Source of the DNA: Asterias rubens
Lineage: Eukaryota
Assembly (NCBI RefSeq): GCF_902459465.1
Contig: NC_047066.1
Coordinates: 6,200,001-6,264,000, forward strand
Length of the DNA stretch: 64,000 nucleotides
Direction: 5' to 3'
Positions within the stretch are counted from its first letter, which is position 1. Each line of letters opens with the position of its first letter. Positions 1 through 12,800 of the stretch are shown here, in pieces. Position numbers and translations under genes: made by a program. The notes beneath the pieces were generated by a model. The model worked only from the letters and a program-made list of their open reading frames with translations, made no database searches and was not told the DNA's origin.

Positions 1-1265
1 AATTTCCATTGTTTACGTAGTTCTGAACATGCGCATAATTTTGAGAACAATGGATTTACCCGGTAAGTCTGCTGCCCTCTATCGTCCCAGAAAGTCTCTT
101 ATTGCCGGGGTAGATTCAGGGGTAAAGCAATACAAGTGTGAAAGGGCCGGCTGTATAGGGAATAGAGTACTGTGAGAAGGTCTACAGACATCAATCAAAA
201 ATCGCCAGAAAATAATCAAATTTGAAGCATTAATTGTAAAGTCAATTTCCAAGTCAAACATGTTTTAATGTATTTAAAAATCATTTTATTAAGTGTAATC
301 GACAAGTTTTATGTTGAAAATAAATTGGAGTATTTTGCCAACTGGAATACAATGGTGGAAGTAAATTAGTAACAGACTATTTCAGAAACTAACATGCAAA
401 CTAACATTTGTTTTTACCCTTAAACCAATGTGAATTCTCTGTAAAGTGCTGAATATACAGTGCTTATAATTCAACTAAGCACTGTATATTCAGCACTTTA
501 CAGAGTTCTGTGTGGGGAAAAAAACACGGGCAAATCACACGAGGGATTTATTTATATAATTTTTCACAGAGCTCGGGAAAGTACCGAGTATTCAGGGCTG
601 AATATACACATCAGTGTAAGGGTAAAAACATTGTATTATTTATCCTTAGCTCTATGCAAGTATAACATCTACATGTATGCAAACATCTTTTTCAGTCCAG
701 TGATTACCTGGTACAAATCTATAACAAAAATAACTAATGGCCGATTTTCATTTCATAATTACAAAACTGAAGCGAGTCTTTCACAATACGTTTAAATAAA
801 GTTGGTTTAAACCAATATTGACTAACGACATACAAATAGGTTCCCCAAGATCTGCCCAAGACTTGTGGAGTTTTATTTAACCAGCAAAAACTTTTTAAAA
901 GACTATAATAAGAAACCATTTTAGTACTTTGGATACAAGAAAATAAAACACAAAGTTTATGGGGGAAAAAAGATTGTAAGGATTTGAAGAGGCAAAAATT
1001 GTGGCCAAGTACACACAACTTTGTCCAATACTTTGATTTGTTTAAAGAGGAAATCAACGCCAGGTCATTCAATGAATGTTTGCCTGTATAATATTAGGGA
1101 TGAGAAATTTCAGACTTTTATCCGAGTTCAGACTTTATTTGTATGTGCTTTTGGTGACAAAAGTAGCTGTTTTCTTCCGACATAAACAAATCCTGCTCTT
1201 TGATGCTACTTCTCTAGCGCTGAGGATACTGTTCCTAAAAGCTCCTTGGAGTCTGTAACTCCAGC

Positions 1266-1410
1266 GGTGGATTTCCCAAAGAGTTAAGACTAGTCTTAGC
1301 TCGACTTGAGACAAGTTACTTGTCCTAACTTAGGACTAGCCCTATGTTTTTGATATCTCCTAGGACTAGTCCTAAGTTAGGACTAGTCCTAACTCTTTGT
1401 GAAATCGACC
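1266..1410. repeat. Palindromic element built of GGACTAGTCCTAA units
   Basis: Inverted ends GATTTCCCAAAGAGTTAAGACTAGTC / GACTAGTCCTAACTCTTTGTGAAATC. Confidence 0.75.
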
Positions 1411-1574
1411 CATGGGTTATCAAAAGGTGGCAATGACATCATTGTAGTTTACCACCTCAAATTTTGATCCTCTTTTCAGACTTTGGTTTGCCATGACTCT
1501 CATTTCTGTAATATGCACCGACATATATTTAACTTCTTGGTTAAGGAAGGTTAGTATGCACCTAAATACAAGAC

Positions 1575-1956
1575 TTAAAGGAACATTACAGAATTGGTTT
1601 TGCTCACAAAAAAAAGTTGCTGGAAGTGTAAGCACATGTAATCCACCATTACATAAACTGACAAGCGTTTGAGATCGATCAATAATCTGTGTCAAGAGAA
1701 AGTAGTGATAAACATTTTACACATTTCGCATGACATTGATTCAAAATAACCAAAAAATTTTAAAAAATGCTCACTGAGCGATCATCTCCAAATGGAAAAT
1801 TAGTTTTATTTATTTCTCATCAAATTTTACATCTAATACAGAAATATTTCATGGGATGCTTTCTACTATCATCATCATTTGAATGTGTCAGTTTTATGTC
1901 AATCTGTGATCTTGGACAAGTTTTTTTCTTACCAATTCTGTAATGTTCACTTTTAA
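1575..1956. mobile_element. Family E MITE (TTAAAGGAACATTACAGAATTGG TIR)
   Basis: Inverted termini; related pieces at about 7689-7990, 28531-28700 and 31080-31324. Confidence 0.78.
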
Positions 1957-3812
1957 CGTTCGACATTAAAATACTGTAATAATAACAGACATAAAGGTTC
2001 TTTATGTCTTTGGTAATAATACTATATTAATAGTAAATAAACAAACTATACAAACTTGGTCTGTATCCTAAAATCATATTAAGTATCATTTTTAAAAAGC
2101 CACTATTTTTGTTAAGGCCACTACTTTGCACATTTCCTTCACCTCTATTTCACCATTTTCTATATATTACATTATTTCAAAATACCTTCACAAAATGCTA
2201 TCACTCGGTTTCAAAAAAGGTTTTTGTGAATAAATAAAACATACAGGATATTTTAAGTAAAAAGCGGAAAGATATTTTAAGTAAAAAGCGGAAAGATATT
2301 TACACATTTCGCTTAAGTTTAAAGCAGTGAACGAATTAAACTTTAAAAAAAGGTAACTCTCTAAACTAAAAAAGAAGGTCGGGTCAATAATTCTCCAACC
2401 CATACCACTCCGAAGGAATATCAACATCTGCATCGCTTTTCACAAGTAATTTGTTTTGGATACTAATGTTTGGAGTAGTTACCAGTCTATGATCCAAGCT
2501 TTAAAGGGTCAACTTGGAACACTTAAAAAGTAATACCGTTTTTGTTTTGTTTTATATAAATAGGGTGTCGATTTTATTTTAATAAAAACTAGCAAGACAA
2601 AGGTAAGTACGGATAAATATAATATGAAACGCAAGAAATTCTTACAAAAGAATACAAGATAAAAAATAATTTGCAGCTTTTAGATTTATAGTCATATCTC
2701 CATATATGTAACTATGTACATATATTTAATTCTTGAGCTCAAAAACATAACACAGCTACGCAGAAGAAATAACCACAAAATTCAATATTTTTCTGTCTAA
2801 CAGATGTGATGAAACAAGCCACTAGATTTGAATTAATATTTTGATTAAAATAGGTTTCTCGGCAAATAAAATAAAAAAATAAAAAGCATTTGTAATGCGC
2901 CAAATCAATCTAAAGTGGTGTTCAAGTCACCAGAGACACAGGAAAAATGTAAACAAAACAAAACACGTATATAATATATCCAGTGAAAAGAAAGCAAAAA
3001 AGCAATTTTAGGGAAAAACACACAATAATTAACAAGTACTGAGACCATGAGGCCTGAAGACTGTGCAGAGAGCATGAAGAAGTAGAGAGAATCTAATTGT
3101 GGAAGGACCATCCAAAATCGGGATAATTCCCAGGAACATTGACATAGCAGCACCAACAGGCCTGGAATTTCACAGAGACCATGGCCTCCATTGCCCTTGT
3201 CTTGGCCTTGGTGCCCCTTCAAAAGTTTCCAATAGACTTTAAGCAAAGGAAGCGGCCTTTTCAAAATGAAAATAGCCTTGCCCTCTCAAAGATAATTCAA
3301 GGCCTGACCTAACGGTCGAAGGTAGGCCCTTTTCAAATTGGCGGTTACAGATACGGCTACGGCTGTTGCTAAGGGTGTTGCTAAGGAAGCACTTTAGCAT
3401 GATGACACAGAAATCCCGACCTAGCCGTAGCTGTAGCCACCAATACAGACAATGCCGTATATTGTAAGAAATGAACAACCATTAACTGGATTGACCTTTC
3501 CCAAATCCCTTAGGAAGACAACAAACTCATGCAACAAATGACTGCTAGCCAAAGAATAGATACAACCAGGGGTTTATTTCATAGACCTGCTTAAGCAAAA
3601 AGCAAAAACCAGTTAAGCACAACAAGCATGTGCTTCCAAGAATAAGGTTACCAGCCAAAATACCATGTAGCCTGTGACATCTTTTGCCTGGTACTTTGCT
3701 AATTATGCTTAGCGAAAAAACAAATGACATCAACATTTGTCCACATGAGCAGCTCAAAAAAAAGTTGGCCCAGTGCGACTTCCTAAACGAAATCTTGCGC
3801 AACAAGATCATG

Positions 3813-6800
3813 TTATTCGCGCCCTTGTATCCACCCACTGGTGTCCCGAACCAATGGTGACGTCTCGTCGTTACTATCCGAGTAACCGCTGTGGCCGGTG
3901 TCACGTCTTAAGAGTGCATCGTCATCATTATCATAGCGGACATAGTTGTAGTCGGAGTCGGTGAATTGTGTTGGAATGTTGCGAGTGCAGCCTCCCCGAC
4001 CCCAGTAGATGATAGCATTCAAGAAGGCTTGCAAGGGGTTCATAATTGCCTTGAGGAGGACATGAAAGACAAAACACGAGCGTAAAAAGTATATGCAAAG
4101 TGGTGTGTTATAAGCTTAGCATTGTCTGTTTTCTATTTTATTGAAAGATAACCATGGGTAAATTTCAAATGCTTTAGGGTTGAACAAGGAAATACTTACT
4201 AGAGCAGTATTTGAACCAATGACCTCCGAATTAACAGGCTGGCGCTCTACAAACTGACTGGCACCCTTGAACAAAGATATTTACAAAACAAGTAGCCCTC
4301 AAATAAAGGGCTAAAGATAGCTCAGTTTGTAGAGCGCTGGCAGGTTAATCTCAAGGTCATTGGTTCAAATCCTGCTCTAGTCAATGTTTCTTTGTTCAAG
4401 CTCAAATCTTCCATTTTGATAATACATAACCAATAGTGGCAACAAATTGTGGCTTTAAAATTAAAAACAACTGGTATATATACTTGTACACAACAGTGAT
4501 GAAATAAGAAATAAGCTGCCTCAAAACTTCACCTCAGATACAATGCACAATAATGAGAAAATTCTAAGAATGAGAAGAAAAAAATTAGCTGCTGCAACCT
4601 GCCAACCAACCAAAAGGACCTAGAGTCTTTCTTAAAGGCTACAGGCTAAAGACACTGTGCCTCTGAGAAACACTCGTGCTACATGTAGGGTCGAAACATC
4701 AGGCCATTAACTATTTTTTGGCAAAACTATATGAAGTTTAACTATTCTCCTGACTGACTAAAGTAGACTTACCGTGGCAACCCAGATAATGGCTGAGAAC
4801 GTATTGAATTCATGCCAAACGGTTTTGTCTCTGACTACACTGCTAAACAGGAGGCAGCCATTGATGACATTGGGTAACCAACTAGAATTAGAAATAAAAA
4901 CTCTGGATTATTATTTAATTATCATTTTATTTCTCTACAAAGTTTCAATAAAATTACACACACAATTATATAAGAATGATATCGATTTTCCTATAGCCTA
5001 AAAGTTCACGGTAGCTTTTGTAATCTGTCATTAACTTACCATACAGTGAACACCACAACAATCTTCAGGAACTTGTTCTGGACTTGACTTTGTATCTTGC
5101 GCTCTCTGTCCGTATAGATACCCCTTGCCATCAGTAGAGGGCCAACTGAAGAAGAAAACACAAATATTGTAAACATCAACCCTCCTACTGTTTTACCAGT
5201 CAACACCATCTCATGTGGTTTCGAATGATAGATAAACTAAGCCAAACTGCAGTATAATATTATGTTGTGAATACATCTTAACAATACACAGTGAACCCTC
5301 CCACTCTTTTACCCTTCAATATCATCTACTGTGGTTGTGAATGATAGATACACTAAGCCGAAATGCAGTATGATAGTAAGTGGTAAATACACCTACACAG
5401 TATGTCTGACCATTTAACATAATCCATTATGGTTTTTAACAATAAACTATGAAAAAATTGCCAGCCACCATTGTTACTATAAAGGCCAGCCACCATTGAT
5501 TTTAAAGACCAGCCACCATTCTTAAAGGCCAACCACCATTGTTATATTTATATTTTTATATTTTTAATGAATCCTGTATGCAAAGTGGTGGCCATCGGCT
5601 GTTGGATATCAATAATAAATCTTTTTTTTTTAATAAATAAATAAAATTAAAACTTCATCTATACTAAAGTTTTGACTGATGGAAAATGCAATCATCAAGG
5701 GTGAATACATCCTCTTAAACTGTTAAAGCTCTGCACACAATCATGCCACCGTGCCCAATCTGTGCAGTCAAACGAATTACAAATGGTTGGTCGTCTCACA
5801 GCAACATCTCACCAAAAGTAGAATGTTTTATTTGTTCATTCCTTGTGTGTAAATATACAAGTACAAGCAAAAAAAGTAACAAAAGTAACATCGAAAAAAG
5901 AATAGTTGTACCAGCTAGGAGCTGGACGGATTGCCTAAAAGATACAACAAGTTTCGGTCAAGGAGACCCTCCTCTCACACACAAATATTTAGAGAAAATA
6001 TAACTTTAACAAACTACAATGTATGTACATGTATCTATATCATTCAGAGACAACACTCAGAAATGTTAAAAGTGGTATTATTCGAAACAAACAAGATTAT
6101 AAACATACTACGAAAATGTGCCGACTGGGGCACTATTACAAAGACCTGCTAAGCAGAACCTTGGGGGAGCCAGCCCAATTTCATAGTGCTGCTTAGCTAC
6201 CGATTTTGTGCTGATTAGCTTACTATATGGTTTCCATTTCATGGCACTGCTAACTGTTAGCCCAAAAAAGGCGGCTAACCTTCCAGTGCTTACTGCACGG
6301 AAATAAAATGACGTCACAATGCAAATCCACGGTGACACTTAATATGGATGCCCAATTTTTCTGCTAGCCTGTGAAATACGCTTGCACCTCAGCAAATGTT
6401 TCTGCTACAGTAAGCTTGAAAATTTGCTGACCAATGCGCAGCGCTATGCAATTGGGCCCTGTTTGCATTGCTTGGAATTTTGCTAAGCGAAATTTTTAAC
6501 TATTTCCTTGAAAGATAACTTTGGGGTACCAGTCACAACTAGTTATATTAATTGGTCTAATTACCTTTCTTAGCGGAATACCAGTACAATATGGGGTTGA
6601 CGCTGAGCACAATGAACATGGGTACGTAGGACACCAGGTAATGGGGTAGTAAGTACGTCCATGATTCCACTGTCGGGTCACACTTCAAACTGTTGAAGAA
6701 ATTAGAGAGTTATTTATTAACAATTAATAACACTAACAAAGTTATTTTTGTTTAGGGTGGTTTACACAGTAAGCCTGCATGTCCATTCAAATGTTGAACA

Positions 6801-9800
6801 ATTTAAAAGATTTTTCCAACCAAGGGCAATATAAAAAAAATCAGAAAAAAGACTTAAAGACAGTGGACACTATTGGTAATTGTCAAAGACTAGTCTTCAC
6901 AGTTGGTGTATCTCAACATATGCATAAAATAACAAACCTGTGAAAATTGGAGCTCAATCAGTCGTCGAAGTTCTGAGATACTAATGAAAGAAAAAAACAC
7001 CCTTCTCGCACCATGGTCACACGAAGTTGTGTGGTTTCAGATGCTTGATTTCGAGACCTCAAATTCTTAATCTGAGGTCTCGAAGTCAAATTCGTGGAAA
7101 ATTACTTCTTTCTTGAAAACTTTATCACTTCAGAGGGAGCCGTTTCTCACAGTGTTTTATACTATCAAACTCTCCCCGTTACTCGTAATCAAGAAAGGTT
7201 TATGATAATAATTATTTTGAGTAATTACCAATAGTGTCCACTGCCTTTAAGTAGGACTAATATCATGCCTGCATAACAGTGCATGTATTTCTTGGTTCCC
7301 GATTGATGAGTGACTTACTGTAATAGAGATGACTCATACATGATCCCCAACCCTACACCCACCATCACACCAGGCAGCAACCAGCTCAATACAGAGTATA
7401 ACGGGAACAAATTCCTGATGAAACAAACAAAATCAAAAATAGTCAGATAAAATGAGAAACAGTAAAACAATCATATACTTTTCAGGCTACTTCATCACAA
7501 TATTTCTGAGGGCAAAGGAATCGGAAATCAGACTTAGGAAGGAAAAATATTATGCCTGAACAACACAGCTCTGGGCCACATAAATTAACAGATTTTTGAT
7601 TCCAGAAATAGGTTACCAGCATTCTACAACACTTGGTGACTAGTTTCCTGCTAAATTATGCTTAGAAGACAATTTTATTGTGCTTAGAAGGAACGTTACA
7701 GAATTGGTAAGAAAACAAAATCTTGAAGATCACAGATTCACATCAAAGTTTACACGGTCTAATGATGATGATAGAAGAAAACATTCCTTAAAATATTTCT
7801 GCCTGAAATGTCATATTTAATGATAAATAAATAACTTAACTTTGCGTTTAGAGTTTATCGCTCAGTGAGCGTTTTATTCATTTTTTTGTGTAATCGTTTT
7901 TTCACTATTTTCTTGTGACCCAGATGGCCGATCGATCTCAAACTTCTACAGGTTTTTCTGTTTATGTATCTGGTGGATTACATAAAGTGCTTACACTGCC
8001 AGCAACTGTTTTGTTAGCAAAACCAATTTTCTGCTTGACCCTTGGTCTGCCCTCGGTCTGCCCTGGCAAATAGGCATACCCTGGGTATATAGCCACCCCT
8101 GCTCCAGAGTAGGGGCAAGCGGTAGGCTGGACCATGCAGCCTTTCGCAGCATGGAACATAAGTACAGTAACGTAAAGCTTAAGCCTAGGTCTGAAAAAAA
8201 AGTGCTACCACAACATTTTGTGTTTTTTGATCAGACTAAAAATGAGTACCACTACCACGAATTGCTGAAACCGATGATGGAGAATCCAAATTTTATCAAC
8301 AGAGCACTGAACAAAAATTGAATGCTTGTTTTGTAATGCATAGATTGTGCAACGATTTGTACCTGTTTCTGCCTCTGAGCATCAAATGGACATCAACTGC
8401 ATAGAAGAATGTCCAAAAGTAGGTGGCTACAAAGAAATATTGAATCCATGCCTGTTGATGAGAGATGTGACCAAAGGAATTATACAATTGTGTTTATTAT
8501 TATTTATTCAACCTCAACAAAACAATATAAAAAACTATAACACAAGGCAAAATGAGGAGCTTCAAAACCAAAACAGAAACAACAAAGCAAAACATAATTA
8601 CAGGCCACGCCCTAAAACAGACTGAACAGTAAAATACAGAAATAATGTGATGACATGAGGGCAGCTAAAACAATGGAAAATTAGTGTATGAGGCATTAGC
8701 ACATACAATCTCGGAAGGACACAACAAAAATATCAAACAAAAGGACAAAATGGGACAGACACAGAATCTTGAGTACTTATGATCTGCAAGATTTGGTTGT
8801 GAGACTTTATTTTTATCAACAAGTGCGGCCATTTTAATACGCCATGTTTACAGGTGTAAACAACAGAAGATATAGATAGAGCTGCTGGCTCTCCTGATTC
8901 TGCAGAGAGTTCCCTGAAAATAAACCCATCTTTCCATATATTCTAATGAACAAATTCGAAAATCACCCTGATAATGGAATCTTCTTCCCGTTTTTTCTTA
9001 ATGCCATAAGAGACTTTAAGACGGTCCTTTTTCAGTTCTCGCCAGTAGTGCGCTTGCTCAGTCTGAGCAAGCGCACGGACGCTCAGAGATGCAAAAAAGC
9101 ACCGTTATGTTTGCTGCAACCAGCGTCTCCAACTCCAACCATCTCCCCAACTAAATGGTCTCTGAACCCCTATAAATAAACATGTCTAACACACTTCACT
9201 CTCCCTGACAATGACTAGAGCAAGCTAATCGAAGCGATGAGACCAATTAAGAACTCACTCTGCGGCAGTTAATTTATTGCAATAACTGTATTAGTGTGCC
9301 ACAGTCAGTGCCTGCGATCAAACATTAAAATTTGACATATTCACACACGCTTACGTTAAAGGCACTGGACACCTTTGGTAATTGTCAAAGACCAGTATTC
9401 TTACTTAGTGTATCCCAAAATTAAAATTGTTCTCACTTGGTATATCCAAAACGCATATTATTAGAGTGAGAAATTACATCTTTCTCAAAAACAACATTAC
9501 TTCAGAGGGAGCCGTTTCTCAAAATGTGAAAAACATACCTGTGGAAATTTGAACTCAATTGTTCATGGTAGTTCCAAGAGAATAATGAATAAACAATTGT
9601 GTGTTTCAGATGCAAAATAAAAGGCTTCAGGAATGAAGTCTTTTATTATTTGAGTGAGAAACTGCATCTTTCTCACAAAACTACTTCAGAGGGAGCCGTT
9701 TGTCACATTGTTTTATCACTAGCTCTTCATTGCTTTTTATAAGTTTTTTATGCTGACAACCATTTGGTGTAATTAAAATGTCCAGTGCCTCACCAACATT

Positions 9801-12800
9801 TATAAAGCGCCATAATCATGTTGACATGCTCTAGGGTGCTGGACATGGCACTGCCTTTTAGAACCAGTGATTTCATGGCACCTTTAAGACTCGGATACTG
9901 GGTTCTATTTTCAGCATAGTGCTAGTAAACAACCCCATTAATTAGTTGTGTACTGATTGATGGTGACTTACTGTAGAAATGATGCAGGTATACTTGTAGG
10001 GCAAGTTGTTTTCTGTACCGTTGTGTTCTGTACCGTTGTGTAAAGCCTCTTCTGTATTGTTATGATGGACCGACAGATTGATTTGCGATAAGTTAGCAAT
10101 GGACATAGTCAGCACACCTAGTGGACAAAAAAAAGGAAATAGATTAGAAACAAATTAGTTAAAATTAAAGAGTGTTGAAGGGGGTGTTATATAGCTGGTG
10201 CTGCGATTTACCGCACTCCAAGCTAATCATTAACAAACCATCTCTGCCCTCACAGGTACCGATTTTACCCTTTGAGTGGAGAGAATCAATCATGGTTAAG
10301 TGTCTTGCTCAAGGACACAAGTGTCACCACTGGGATTCAAACCCACATCCCGATGAACCACCAGAACTCGAGTCCAGTGGTCTTATCCGCTTGGCCTTGA
10401 CACCCCAGGTCTTTGGCCTTGGTGCCCCTTCAAAAGTTTCCCACAGACTTTAAGATTTTACAATGGGTGCCCTTTACAAAGTGAAAATGACCTTCCCCTC
10501 TAAAAGATGAAATTTCAGACCTTTAAAAGGTCCCCACAAAATTGTGCTTACCAGAATAGGGTTACCAGCCAAACTACCATGTCACATGTACAATTGGTGA
10601 CTGGTATACTACTCATTTCTGCTTAGCAGGTTAAGCAATATTTTATGCTTTAAGCATCTCTATGAAATTGGGCCCAGTTAAGGCCCGGTCACACAAGCCC
10701 CGATAAAACGAGAATGAAAACGAGAATGATTAAAATGCACGCCCTCTATTGGTTGAATGAGCGTGGGCGTATTCTGCAGGGACCATTTCATCCAATCAAG
10801 GGCGTGCATTTTTATCATTCTCGTTTTCATTTTCTGCTTAGCAGGTTAAGCAATATTTTATGCTTTAAGCATCTCTATGAAATTGGGCCCAGTTAAGGCC
10901 CGGTCACACAAGCCCCGATAAAACGAGAATGAAAACGAGAATGATTAAAATGCACGCCCTCTATTGGTTGAATGAGCGATGGCGTATTCTGCAGGGACCA
11001 TTTCATCCAATCAAGGGCGTGCATTTTTATCATTCTCGTTTTCGTTCTCGTTATCGGGGCCTGTGTGATCAGGCCTTTACTACACACAGGTGAGCACTCT
11101 CCATGACATTTTTATAGGAAAGGCAGTATTACATTTACCAGGTTCACATTTGTCACCTGGTAGGCCAGTGTACTGACTGTCTGGTGGTAATTGGGTTGGG
11201 GGGGGGTGTTCGGTATTTGTTTGTCTGGCAGAGTCACATGGCTGTGGTCACGAGGACTTGCACAACAAATTCAGCAACTTAGTCATTTAGCAAACTCAAT
11301 AATGTCTGGTTTCGAAGGGCACATGACAATAACCCTGAATGTACCTGGTGGGCCAAACACAACAATAATGTCAACAGTACAAAGTGCATAACTATTATTA
11401 ATTATTGGTGCTTTTTTATGTTCCGTGTTTTGATCGTAGGTCTTTTGTGGTTTTGTGGCTTTTAGTTTATATATTTATTTTTTTTAAAATATTTATTGTG
11501 ATTCAAATACAATTCGGCGTTTTGCTGTGACTTTTGAAAAAAAAATTGTTGTTTTTCTTGTTCACTACATGCAACTTATTTGAAAAGAATGATTGATGAT
11601 TTACATAACAATATTAACAATGAAAAAGAGAAGGTCAAAAGAATGTTCAAAGATGTGACTGGGCAGGGTTTGGTGACTAATTACCTGTGACAATTTCCCG
11701 TCATGGCCTGTGTAGCAACGCAATGCTACACCAAAGTGTAACCATAATTCATTGCTTTTCAGTATTAGCATTCAGTGTGTGCAAAACGGATTCTTTTATC
11801 TATTTATTTTTATTCAAAGGGAAGGTACACTATTGGTAACTGTCAAAGACCAGTGTTCTCACTTGGTGTATCTCAAAATAATGTATGCATAAAATAAAAA
11901 ACCTGAGCTCAATTGGTCATCAGAGTTGGGAGAAAGTGATGAAAGAAAAAAACACCCTTGTTGGAATGTTGGACGAATTTGTGTGCTTTCAGATAGAAAT
12001 AAATTCTTTTATTATTTTAGTGAGAAATTACCTCTATTTCAAATTCTATGCTACTTCAGAGGGAGCCGTTTCTCACAATGTCTTATACTATCAACAGCTC
12101 TCTAATGCTTTTTATCAAGTCAGTTTTGAAGTTAACATTTGTTTTAAGTATACTAGTAATCTACCAAACGTGTACCTTCCCTTTAATGATGTTATTTAAT
12201 GGTATACTTTACAAACAAAATGACCAGCAGCAGTAGCTGAAAGGGTCATAATCAATGGCAACAAAATAAATGCATGTAAAAATTAAAAACAATCACATAT
12301 ATAAAGCCATTATACACTTTCGGTATTGTCCAAGTCCCACACTTTGTGTATCACAACTTATATATAACATAACAAACCTGTGAAAATTTAGGCTCAATCG
12401 GTCATCGGAGTCGGAAGAAAATAATGGAAAAACCCACTCTTGTTTCCGCACCTTGCGCTGTGTCATGACATGTGTTTTAAAAATAAGTCCGTAATTCTCG
12501 CTATCGAGAATTGATATTGTTTTAATGTTTTCTCAAAAAGTAAAGCATTTCATGGAGTAACATTTCAAGTGAAGTCTTTCACCATTACCTTCTGTAAACC
12601 CTGTAAATTATTTGTAAATCTGTGATTTTTTTTTTTTTTTCTGTACCGAAAAATGGCTGTAAAGACAGTGTACACTATTGGTAATTGTCAAGACCAGTCT
12701 TCTCACTTGATGTAGCTCAACATATGCATAAAATAACAAACCTGTGAAAATTTGAGCTCGATCGGTCATCGGAGTTGCGAGTTAACTATGAAAGAAAAAA

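Noticed and set aside
4317-4385. Possible tRNA gene
   Set aside because: A/B boxes are present, but I could not fold a proper acceptor or anticodon stem, and diverged copies exist elsewhere: SINE head.
7962-8190. 65-aa ORF as candidate GPR143 exon 4
   Set aside because: No similarity to TM4; the true exon 4 is 7414-7319 with matching phases.
11290-11395. Minus-strand peptide VDIIVVFGPPGTFRV resembling a Walker A fragment
   Set aside because: Lacks the GKT, stops soon after, and has no convincing splice signals.
11885-12236. ORFs inside family A MITEs (also 33510-33809, 42078-42326, 44236-44546)
   Set aside because: Short chance frames in a non-coding repeat; no transposase motifs.
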